64,000 bases of DNA. Origin: Eledone cirrhosa (Eukaryota). Where the stretch lies: assembly GCA_964016885.1 (NCBI GenBank), contig OZ024746.1, forward strand, positions 1,116,001 through 1,180,000, given 5' to 3'. This document shows positions 13,584-26,112 of this stretch, piece after piece. The notes under the pieces are model-generated. The model was given only the letters and a program-made list of their open reading frames with translations, searched no databases and was not told the DNA's origin. How positions within the stretch are numbered: position 1 is the first letter of the stretch; each line of letters opens with the position of its first letter. The position numbers were made by a program, and so were the translations under genes.

Positions 13584-13686
13584 GTAGTAATAAATGTGAA
13601 GACTAAAATCCAAAGAGGACTCTTCTGAAGATCCCGTTAAGAGTGAAAGCAGCGAATCTTTGCTTAAACTTTAATCTGTTATTTTA

Positions 13687-13693
<7 letters not shown>
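13584..13693. mobile_element. Penelope-like terminal-repeat fragment with inverted 5' piece
   Basis: Same sequences as 54533-54759; hammerhead-like ctgaaga-tcccgttaagagt-gaaag at 13625. Confidence 0.55.
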
Positions 13694-13727
<34 letters not shown>

Positions 13728-13870
13728 TATATAAATATAAATATATATATAAATATGTATAAATATATATGAATATATAATTATATATATAAATATATAT
13801 ATATATATATAAATATATATAAATATATATATATATATAAATATATATAAATATAAATATAATTATATAT

Positions 13871-13901
13871 ATGGCTGAAACAGGTAAAAGAGTAAAAGAG
13901 T
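13871..13901 (+). mobile_element. Isolated 3' tail of the CR1 family at 56594-57890
   Basis: atggctgaaacaggtaaaagagtaaaagagt versus atggctgaaacgggtaaaagagtttaaagagt at 57858. Confidence 0.65.
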
Positions 13902-14276
13902 AATATAAATATATATATATATATATAAATATATATATAAATATATATATAAATATATATATATATAAATATATATATATAAATATATATATATAAATAT
14001 ATATATAAATATATATAATATACATAAATATATATATATAATATATATAAATATATATATATATTTATATATTTATATAAATATATATATATATTTATAT
14101 ATATATATATAAATATATATATATATTTATATGTTTATATATTTATATATATATATTTATATAGATATATATAAATATATATATATATAAATATATATAT
14201 AAATATATATATTTATATATCTATATATAAATATATATATAAATATATATATTTATATATATATATATATATAAAT

Positions 14277-14308
<32 letters not shown>

Positions 14309-14309
<1 letters not shown>

Positions 14310-14570
14310 AAACCATGACCGCAGGAAGGCACTTTGCTCTAGCTCCCTCTAATATCCTCCTCAGCATCAGGATGTGACTGGTGGTTGATCTACCCCCTCT
14401 GAAGCCGTTCTGGTTGTCCCTGAGCTTCTTCTCCATCTCAGGCTGGATCCTGTTAAGAATCATCCTGTTGAGGGTCTTTGCCACAAGTGACGTCAGTGAG
14501 ATCCCCCTGTAGTTGTTGGTGTTAGAGAGATCTCCCTTCTTTGGCACTCGGACGATGTTACTGATCCTCC
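14309..14570 (-). mobile_element. RTE-clade LINE fragment, N-terminal part of the RT domain
   Basis: VPKKGDLSNTNNYRGISLTS…KTLNRMILNRI…LRDNQNGFRGGRST. Confidence 0.9.
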
Positions 14571-14880
14571 TTGCTGTAGTGGAGTCTGTGCTTCTGTATG
14601 GGTCTGAGACTTAGACACTGACCAAGAAACTCACTCAGATGGTGGATGGGTGCTACACGAGAATGCTGAGGATGGCTCTGAACATTAATCAGTATACACT
14701 GAGGATGAAAAACTCAGAGCTGTATGGGAGCATCCCAAAAGTCAGCTCAAAAGTGACACAGACGAGACTGAGGTTAGCTGGACATGCTCACCGACATCCA
14801 GAGTTGACATTGCACTCAGTGCTCCTTTGGGAGCCCCTACATGGACACACTAGAAGAGGAAGACGAAGGTTAACGTATGT
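14571..14880 (+). mobile_element. RTE-clade LINE fragment, C-terminal region, 3'-truncated
   Basis: [16 protein letters not shown]…[14 protein letters not shown]…[13 protein letters not shown]…RRGR; nearly identical to 61229-61530. Confidence 0.9.
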
Positions 14881-14886
14881 ATATAT

Positions 14887-14995
<109 letters not shown>

Positions 14996-15060
14996 AATAT
15001 ATATATATAAATATATATATATAAATATATATATATAAATATATATATATCTCTATCTAT

Positions 15061-15316
15061 CTAAGGCGGGTAAAATTCCCGAGATCCATGGACGAGTTCT
15101 CTCCAGCGGTCTCTGTCCCTCATTATCGCTGCCATATCCTGCATCTCCAACAGACCAGTGTCTGTCCTTAGGGCATCAACATATGTTAACCTTGGTCTTC
15201 CTCTTCTAGTGTGTCCATGTAGGGGCTCCCAAAGGAGCACTGAGTGCAATGTCAACTCTGGATGTCGGTGAGCATGTCCAGCCAACCTCAGTCTCCTCTG
15301 TGTCACTTTTGAGCTG
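15061..15316 (-). mobile_element. RTE-clade LINE 3' end
   Basis: [12 protein letters not shown]…[10 protein letters not shown]…[11 protein letters not shown]…YPP*, stop followed by TA repeats. Confidence 0.9.
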
Positions 15317-15593
15317 GCTTTACTGTAGCACCGGCTCAGAGCAGGAGAGTTGGGGCGAAAAAGGTATCGGATGCTGAATTTGCCGACGACATAGTTTTGG
15401 TGACAAATACAGTGAAGGAGGCAGAGGATTTGATGCGGGAGGTTGAGACTGTGTCGATGAGTGTGGGGCTGAGAATGAATGAGACTAAAACAAAATATCT
15501 GGTAGAGAATGTTGAGAAGCCAGAGGGGATCACTAATGTAGGCGGGAAGCCGCTGGAATTGGTTGAGGACTTCCTGTATTTGGGAGCAAAGAT
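15316..15593 (+). mobile_element. RTE-clade LINE fragment, RT catalytic core
   Basis: GFTVAPAQSRRVGAKKVSDAEFADDIVL…VGLRMNETKTKY…[11 protein letters not shown]. Confidence 0.9.
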
Positions 15594-15605
15594 ATATATA
15601 TATAA

Positions 15606-15642
<37 letters not shown>

Positions 15643-15701
15643 AATATATATATATAAATATATATTTATAAATATATATATATAAATATATATTTATATA
15701 T

Positions 15702-15734
<33 letters not shown>

Positions 15735-15828
15735 TTTATATATAAATATATATATATATATATATTTATATATAAATATATATATATATAAATATATATA
15801 TATATAAATATATAAATATATATATATA

Positions 15829-15862
<34 letters not shown>

Positions 15863-15865
15863 AAT

Positions 15866-16034
<169 letters not shown>

Positions 16035-16071
16035 AATATATATATAAATATATATATATATAAATATATAA

Positions 16072-16102
<31 letters not shown>

Positions 16103-16296
16103 AATATATTTATATATAAATATATATATATAAATATATTTATATATAAATACATATATATAAATATATATATATAAATATATTTATATATAAATATATA
16201 TATATATATATAAATATATATATATATAAATAAATATATATATATATAAATATATATATATATAAATAAATATATATATATATAAATATATATATA

Positions 16297-16332
<36 letters not shown>

Positions 16333-16353
16333 AATATATATATATAAATATAA

Positions 16354-16384
<31 letters not shown>

Positions 16385-16391
16385 AATATAA

Positions 16392-16422
<31 letters not shown>

Positions 16423-16429
16423 AATATAA

Positions 16430-16472
<43 letters not shown>

Positions 16473-16503
16473 TATAAATATATATATATATAAATATAAA
16501 CAT

Positions 16504-16536
<33 letters not shown>

Positions 16537-16602
16537 AATATAAATATATAAATATATATATATATAAATATAAATATAAAAATATATATATATATAAATA
16601 TA

Positions 16603-16656
<54 letters not shown>

Positions 16657-16677
16657 AATATATATATATAAATATAA

Positions 16678-16923
<246 letters not shown>

Positions 16924-16936
16924 TATTTATATATAT

Positions 16937-16973
<37 letters not shown>

Positions 16974-16979
16974 AATATA

Positions 16980-17052
<73 letters not shown>

Positions 17053-17147
17053 AAATATATATATAAATAAATATATATATTTATATATATAAATAAATAT
17101 ATATATTTATATATATATATATATATATATAAATATATATATATATT

Positions 17148-17189
<42 letters not shown>

Positions 17190-17251
17190 ATATATAAATA
17201 TATATATTTATTTATATATATAAATATATATATTTATTTATATATATATTT

Positions 17252-17353
<102 letters not shown>

Positions 17354-17371
17354 TTATATATATATATATAA

Positions 17372-17465
<94 letters not shown>

Positions 17466-17725
17466 ACCTGAGACCCAGGAGACCACTAATTATGCGAGGA
17501 CTCAATACAGGAGAAGATGTAGAGTGGATATAGACATATGTAAAACCCAGACTCTGGCGCCAAGCGGTTTTGGCTTGTACGTTCAGCAAGCCTTTACTGG
17601 GGTATGCTGGTCAGTATGGTTTCAAGGGAAGTGTGTCATTACATTACATCTTTGCTGACCATCAGACGTAATGTAGTATGAAAAGAAAGAAAGAAAGTTT
17701 ATGTTATTGTTGCCTTTAATCCATT

Positions 17726-18257
17726 GTTGCAGCCTTTCCCAGGTGAGACCTGAACGAGCAGATCTTTGATGAAAGGCGTTGCAGCCTTTCCCAGGTCAGA
17801 CCTGAACGAGCAGATCTTTGATGAAAGGCGTTGCAGCCTTTCCCAGGTGAGACCTGAACGAGCAGATCTTTGATGAAAGGCGTTGCAGCCTTCCCCAGGT
17901 CAGACCTGAACGAGCAGATCTTTGATGAAAGGCGTTGCAGCCTTTCCCAGGTGAGACCTGAACGAGCAGATCTTTGATGAAAGGCGTTGCAGCCTTCCCC
18001 AGGTCAGACCTGAACGAGCAGATCTTTGATGAAAGGCGTTGCAGCCTTTCCCAGGTGAGACCTGAACGAGCAGATCTTTGATGAAAGGCGTTGCAGCCTT
18101 CCCCAGGTCAGACCTGAACGAGCAGATCTTTGATGAAAGGCGTTGCAGCCTTCCCCAGGTCAGACCTGAACGAGCAGATCTTTGATGAAAGGCGTTGCAG
18201 CCTTCCCCAGGTCAGACCTGAACGAGCAGATCTTTGATGAAAGGCGTTGCAGCCTTT
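17726..18257. repeat. 52-bp minisatellite, ~10 copies
   Basis: gttgcagcctt(t/c)cccaggt(g/c)agacctgaacgagcagatctttgatgaaaggc. Confidence 0.97.
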
Positions 18258-18603
18258 CAGGCACTGGAGAAAAAAAAAAGCAAAAAAAATATGGGGGTTT
18301 TGGATCCGAGTGAGATTTGGCTATTATTTCTAACGGACAGATAAACTCTCCCCCATTAACGATCTTGTTTTTATTGTTGTTACTGCTGTTGTTTTTATTG
18401 CTATGATGCAATAGAGTTTTCCTAGAAGTTTATGGTGAACAGAAGCTGTCGTGTCTCATTATCATTGGCAACAAATATTTCTGACGTTTGTGCATTTCCA
18501 CGAATGCCAGGAAAATATATTTTTACTTTTTCCTCTAAATCAGTTCCTGTAATGGGCCTCCGTCAGTTTCGACGTCAAGTGTTTTAAATTTTCTATCAAC
18601 GTA

Positions 18604-18786
18604 TACGAGGGTGAGCTGACTATGAAGGAGTGATGCTAGAGCTGTGAAATCTTGCATGTATTAATTTCAACTCTTCTTAATAATTGCATTGTTTTTTTCA
18701 AGAGACTATGTTGAAAAATAAACCTCATTTGGTCATTCCATGAGAGTATCTTGGTCAGCCTATGAACTTTTCAGTAGACCCTCGTA
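18604..18786. mobile_element. Tc1/mariner-type MITE
   Basis: Termini TACGAGGG…CCCTCGTA (TA duplication); internal sequence recurs inverted at ~41771-41945. Confidence 0.7.
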
Positions 18787-18942
18787 TTAAGTATTTCCAG
18801 GAAGATTCAGTGAGACAAAGTGTGATAAGGCCGACAATTGTGGGTAAAGTTCATCCGACTAGCTTTCAGTTTCCGTCAATTTCGCTCATTAGTGTTGTTA
18901 AAACTCGTAGTTATGGTAACATGATACATGTCTAAGATGCCC

Positions 18943-21548
18943 CACATTATATATATACCTACCTCACTATATACACCACATTATATATATACCTACCTCA
19001 CTATATATACCACATTATATATATACCTACCTCATTATATATACCACATTATATATATACCACATTATATATATACCTACCTCACTATATATACCACATT
19101 ATATATATACCTACCTCACTATATACACCACATTATATATATACCTACCTCCCTATATATACCACATTATATATATACCTACCTCACTATATACACCACA
19201 TTATATATATACCTACCTCCCTATATATACCACATTATATATATACCTACCTCACTATATACACCACATTATATATATACCTACCTCACTATATATACCA
19301 CATTATATATATATACCTACCTCACTATATATACCACATTATATATATACCTACCTCCCTATATATACCACATTATATATATACCTACCTCACTATATAC
19401 ACCACATTATATATATATACCTACCTCACTATATATACCACATTATATATATACCACATTATATATATACCTACCTCACTATATATACCACATTATATAT
19501 ATACCACATTATATATATACCTACCTCACTATATACACCACATTATATATATACCTACCTCACTATATATACCACATTATATATATACCTACCTCACTAT
19601 ATACACCACATTATATATATACCTACCTCACTATATATACCACATTATATATATACCTACCTCACTATATACACCACATTATATATATACCACATTATAT
19701 ATATACCTACCTCCCTATATATACCACATTATATATATACCACATTATATATATACCTACCTCACTATATACACCACATTATATATATACCTACCTCCCT
19801 ATATATACCACATTATATATATACCTACCTCACTATATACACCACATTATATATATACCTACCTCCCTATATATACCACATTATATATATACCTACCTCA
19901 CTATATACACCACATTATATATATACCTACCTCCCTATATATACCACATTATATATATACCTACCTCACTATATATACCACATTATATATATACCTACCT
20001 CCCTATATATACCACATTATATATATACCTACCTCACTATATACACCACATTATATATATATATCTACCTCACTATATATACCACATTATATATATACCA
20101 CATTATATATATACCTACCTCACTATATACACCACATTATATATATACCTACCTCACTATATACACCACATTATATATATACCTACCTCCCTATATATAT
20201 CACATTATATATATACCTACCTCACTATATATACCACATTATATATATACCTACCTCCCTATATATACCACATTATATATATACCTACCTCACTATATAC
20301 ACCACATTATATATATACCTACCTCACTATATACACCACATTATATATATACCTACCTCCCTATATATACCACATTATATATATACTTACCTCACTATAT
20401 ATACCACATTATATATATATACCTACCTCACTATATATACCACATTATATATATACCTACCTCCCTATATATACCACATTATATATATACCTACCTCACT
20501 ATATACACCACATTATATATATACCTACCTCACTATATATACCACATTATATATATACCACATTATATATATACCTACCTCACTATATATACCACATTAT
20601 ATATATACCACATTATATATATACCTACCTCACTATATACACCACATTATATATATACCTACCTCACTATATACACCACATTATATATATACCTACCTCA
20701 CTATATACACCACATTATATATATACCTACCTCACTATATATACCACATTATATATATACCTACCTCACTATATATACCACATTATATATATACCACATT
20801 ATATATATACCTACCTCACTATATATACCACATTATATATATACCTACCTCCCTATATATACCACATTATATATATATACCTACCTCACTATATATACCA
20901 CATTATATATATATACCTACCTCACTATATATACCACATTATATATATATACCTACCTCACTATATATACCACATTATATATATACCTACCTCCCTATAT
21001 ATACCACATTATATATATATACCTACCTCACTATATATACCACATTATATATATACCTACCTCACTATATACACCACATTATATATATACCTACCTCACT
21101 ATATATACCACATTATATATATACCTACCTCACTATATATACCACATTATATATATACCACATTATATATATACCTACCTCACTATATACACCACATTAT
21201 ATATATACCTACCTCACTATATACACCACATTATATATATACCTACCTCACTATATACACCACATTATATATATACCTACCTCACTATATACACCACATT
21301 ATATATATACCTACCTCACTATATATACCACATTATATATATATACCTACCTCACTATATATACCACATTATATATATACCTACCTCACTATATACACCA
21401 CATTATATATATACCTACCTCACTATATATACCACATTATATATATACCACATTATATATATACCTACCTCACTATATACACCACATTATATATATACCT
21501 ACCTCACTATATACACCACATTATATATATACCTACCTCACTATATAC
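18943..21548. repeat. ~34-bp minisatellite built from ~17-bp half-units
   Basis: accacattatatatatacctacctcactatatat with half-unit deletions. Confidence 0.95.
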
Positions 21549-21988
21549 ACACAGAGACAGACTGACGCCCACCCCTCCCACACCCAGTCTGACACACTCC
21601 TACACACCACTATAGCGGTGGACATTAATCTACACACACACCTTCATGAACACAGTCAGGTACAGACACACACAGACGTTCATAGACACAGTCAGGTACA
21701 CACACACGGGTTCATAGACAGTCAGGCACACACACACACACACGTTCATAGACAGTCAGGTACACACACACAGACACACACACAAAGAAATACACACACA
21801 AATAGAAATTCATATCGAAGGTCGATATATGAAGTACATAAGCAAATATGTCAGGTGTGTGCATGTGTGTGTGTGTGTGTGTGTGTAATTGCGTTAACTT
21901 GTGTGTGTGTTAACTTGTATGTGCGTGCGGGGGAGAGAGTGTGTGGGAATGTTCTGTGTCTCTGTGTGTGTATGATGTCTTCATGTTC

Positions 21989-22463
21989 AGCTATATACAG
22001 CTATATATAGTTGTATATAGCTATATATAGCAATATACAGCTATATATAGCTATATATAGTTGTATACAGCTATATATAGCTATATATAGTTGTATATAG
22101 CTATATACAGCAATATACAGCTATATATAGCTATATATAGTTGTATATAGCTATATACAGCTATATATAGCTATATATAGCTATATACAGCTATATATAG
22201 TTGTATATAGCTATATACAGCTATATACAGCTATATATAGCTATATATAGCTAGATATAGCTGTATATAGCTATATATAGCTGTATATAGCTATATACAG
22301 CTATATATAGCTATATACAGCTGTATATAGCTATATATAGCTATATACAGCTATATATAGCTATATATAGCTGTATATAGCTATATATAGCTATATACAG
22401 CTATATATAGCTATATACAGCTATATACAGCTATATATAGCTATATACAGCTATATAACAGCT
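21989..22463. repeat. 10-bp satellite (agctatata[t/c])
   Basis: Direct reading; tatagctata core is self-complementary. Confidence 0.95.
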
Positions 22464-22464
22464 G

Positions 22465-22780
22465 TGTAAGGTATTTACTTGGTAACTGTGCGGTTCAGTC
22501 CCAGTGTGCGGCAGCATGTCTTTTATAATAGCTCTGTGTCTCTTATTTTAACCTTCAGTTAACCAATTGCTTGTGAATGGAGTTTCACGAAAACCGCAGA
22601 AGCACGTCCTATGTCTACCCGTCTCTGTGGTTATGTCTCGTTATTTGGCGGTTCAACAAAAGAGGATCGATAAAATAAGTACTACATTTGAAACAATGTA
22701 TAGAGATCAATGTGATCGAATAATTCAAGGCGATGCCCCAGCATGTCCGTAGACTGACTGAAACCAGTAAGAGATAAAAT
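22465..22780 (+). mobile_element. Degenerate SINE ending in a CR1-type 3' tail
   Basis: B-box-like ggttcagtccc at ~22492; gatcgataaaataagtac; tail aaggcgatgccccagcatg…gactgaaaccagtaagag. Confidence 0.6.
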
Positions 22781-23224
22781 TACACATTCACAGTCATCTT
22801 CGTTTAGAATTTAAAAGAAGGTATGGCCAAATTAAATTATCTAATTAATCTTCTAGCTAATTAATCCAATATTTTAATTACGGTGGTACTTCACAATAAT
22901 TAATCTTCTCGTTAATTAATCCAATATTTTAATTACGGTGTTACTTCTCAATAATTCGTTAATTCTATATATTTTTACTAGCACCGACTCAATAAAAACT
23001 AGAATTATTTTCAGTTTCTATTTAATTTATGAATGGATAGATTTTGTCGGGACTTGACCAACCGCTTCCTGTTGGTCAACACCTCTGGGGTCCACCGTAC
23101 CCCCAACTGGAATAAACCCCCCCACCGTCAGCAGCTCTGGGGTCCACGGTAGGGGTGTAAGGATTACCACTCACTCCCCCTTTCGTGTGTATTCACTGCA
23201 TTGCAATTATCAAAGATATAAAGA

Positions 23225-23985
23225 GGGCAGTTGATTGGCAGTAGAATCAGTGGAGCATCGGACATAGTTTGTGGTATAGAGTTACGGCCCTTTACATTCT
23301 GTGTTCAAATCCAACCGAGGTCAACTTTGCCTTCCATCCTTCCGAAGTTGATTAAATCTACCCAAATCAAGTACTGGGGTAGATTTAATCAACTTTCTCC
23401 TTTCGCCGAAATTGTGGGTCTTGTGTCTAAAGAAATAATTACTAAAGCTATTAAGGGCCGTTGATTGGCAGTCGGTGGAACGTCGGACATGATTTGTGGC
23501 ATAGAGTTACGACTCTTTATGTTCTTAGTTCAAATCCCATCGAGATTAGTTTTGCCTTTAATCCTTACGGAGTCAAAAGTACCAGTAAGAGACTGGGGTC
23601 CATTTCATCGACTTTCCCTTCCTCCAAAAATGTTGGCCTTGTGCTTAAATGAGAAACCATTATTAAAGATATGAAGACGTGGATTGGCAGAATCGTTAGA
23701 GCTCCGGACAATACACTTTGCGGCATTTGTTTCGGGTCTTTGAGCTCAAGACCCACCGAGGTCAACTTTGCCTTTCATTCTTCGGAGGTTGATAAAGAGT
23801 CAAGTAGTGAGATTTAAACGACTCGCCTCCCACCAACATTGCTAGCCATCTACCTAAATAAAAAACCACTGTAAGACGTCGAATTGGCAAAGTCGTTAGA
23901 AGGTCGGGTTGTATGGTTCGCGGCATTCGTTCCGGCGGTTTGTGCAGAGTTCAAACCCCGTCGAGGCCAGCTTCATTTTTCATCC
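23225..23985 (+). mobile_element. Head-to-tail cluster of four diverged tRNA-SINE copies
   Basis: Heads (g)attggcag/aattggcaa at ~23234, 23463, 23682 and 23882, each followed by a B box and actttgcct-type core. Confidence 0.75.
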
Positions 23986-24199
23986 AGTACTGGCGGTGGA
24001 TTCTTCTAGGGCATCTCTATCGCTCTCCCTTTTTTCTTTGGAAGAAATCGGCTTGTTCAAACCCGTTGAAGGGTGGGTTTCACCAGGTTTAAAATACACC
24101 AAGTCAGGCCATATATCACTGTGGCACTACTTCAACCCTGTCATGGGTTAACGACCTATATACACTATAAATGCAACAACGATTTCTAATTTAGATGAC

Positions 24200-24370
24200 T
24201 CAGGGCTGGCAATTTAAGGGCGGGGTGAGCAAAATCGATTAAATCGATCACAGTACTTTATTGTATTGATCCTAGAAGGATGAAAGACAAAGGTAACTTT
24301 GGCAGGAGTTGAACGGAATAAAACCCAGAGATATTTAATTGACCTAACAATTCTCCTAATCACCAACCTC
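24200..24370 (-). mobile_element. Degenerate tRNA-SINE copy
   Basis: cagtactttattgtattgatcctagaaggatgaaagacaaaggtaactttggcaggagttgaac. Confidence 0.6.
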
Positions 24371-24481
24371 AGCCATTCCCTAATAATAAACATGAGAAGT
24401 ACCAGAGGCTACATTCATTACATGCCTCTACTTACCTATTAAACGATAAATTTATCCTTATAAATACACACGTGTGTATAT

Positions 24482-24535
<54 letters not shown>

Positions 24536-24580
24536 TAGCGAGGTTTTTTATATGAAATCGTGTGTCGAAACAAATATTGT

Positions 24581-25738
24581 TATACTTGGGGAGGGTCATA
24601 TTTGTGTAATATTGCCAGAATTAATAACAGAACACACTACGACAACCAGAGATATCAGAGTGTCATGTTTGTGGACGACACCCCTGGAGGGAAATTAGCT
24701 AACCAGTGTAGAAAGGCCCTGAGAAAGACCCACTTAAAAATAAAGGTGGTAGAAAAGCCAGGAACCACCATAAAATCCCTGATCAGTAAAACCTACCCCT
24801 TTAAGAAAACCCACTGTACCAATAGGAAATGTATCATATGTAAGGTGAACCCCCGGATAAACTGTAAAACTAGAAACGTAGTCTATAGCATAAGATGTAC
24901 AGAGGGTACTTGCAGAAACATGACAACAACATACATAGACGAAACAGCTCGTAGCATAGGTGAAAGGATAGACCAACACTGGGGGAACTAAAAGGACGAA
25001 AAAACGGGTCAGTACTATACGAACATGCTAGACAACAACATGACGGTAACATAGACAACATAGAAATTAGAATAATATCTAAACATAGGAATGACCCAGC
25101 AGATAGGCAAATCAGAGAGGCCAGTGAAATAGAAATTAGAAGACCAAAGCTAAAGAGAAAGAATGAGTGGAACAACAACAACAACACCCAAACAAACAAC
25201 ACTGACCTAAGAGAAGTATAAATAAGTAAATAAAATAAAATAAAATAAGATAAATAAATACATACACAAGCACAATAACAACAAGCACATAAACACACAC
25301 TAGTCACCCAGCAGACACAACACTATACACACTAGTCACACAGCAAACGTAACACTATACACACACGCAAACGCATGCGCAAAGAAGACAAAATAAAATA
25401 AACAAACAAGCAAATAAATAAATAAATATATAGACAGACTGAATAAAAAAAATGGCGTAGACATACAACACAACAGGAGGAAAAAAAAAATATAACACCA
25501 CTGACGATGTTGCAGATGTGCAACGAAAGATTTATGTAAATTATGTAAACTATATATATGTGTTTGTGTCTATATTGTATCTGTATTATTTTTGACCGTC
25601 GGTCAGTCAATGGCAACATTGAGGACCGAGTAAGTTAGATCGCAGATATAAAAGACAGCGAGAAGCGAAAACCAACCAAACAGTGAGCGTGTTCTGTTAT
25701 TAATTCTGGCAATATTACACAAATATGACCCTCCCCAA

Positions 25739-25743
<5 letters not shown>
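24581..25743 (+). mobile_element. 5'-truncated Penelope-like element (Neptune-type GIY-YIG endonuclease) with inverted terminal-repeat copy at its 5' end
   Basis: ORF 24560-24991: FV..TPGG.LA, KVVEK.G, C..C.IC, CKTRNVVYSIRC…C…YIDETARS.GER..QH; continues after a frameshift as LYEH…HDG…RQIREA..I…NEW; 24581-24635 is the reverse complement of 25689-25743; (TA)n nearby on both sides. Confidence 0.9.
25495..25540 (+). ncRNA. Minimal hammerhead ribozyme-like motif in the Penelope terminal repeat
   Basis: CUGACGA-U-GUUGCA-gaug-UGCAAC-GAAA; perfect 6-bp stem II, weak stems I and III. Confidence 0.6.
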
Positions 25744-25800
<57 letters not shown>

Positions 25801-26112
25801 GTGTGTGTGTGTTTATACACACGTTGATTTTCTGAGTGCGTTTTGTTTACGGGTTAAGGCAATCCTCGTTTTTATTTACACGTATATACATACAAACTTA
25901 CATGTATAGCAATATATATATATACGTAGGGATGGGGGTGAGTGACTATGTGTGTATGAGTGAGTGAGAGAGTGTGAGTGAGGGAGAGAGTATGAGTGAG
26001 GGAGAGAGTGTGAGTGAGGGAGAGTGAGTAAGAGAATGGTGCATCATCTCGACTAAAACTACACGAGAAGAAAATTTGTATAAAATTATGATTTTTTTTT
26101 TAAGGTTCAGTA

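Noticed and set aside
17460-17680. Stop-free unique stretch (YVKPRLWRQAVLACTFSKPLLGYAGQYGFKG)
   Set aside because: No convincing splice acceptor or recognisable domain.
18928-21615. 895-aa Y/I/H/T/P-rich ORF
   Set aside because: Translation of a ~34-bp minisatellite with frame-shifting unit variants; it stays open only because the strand lacks stop triplets.
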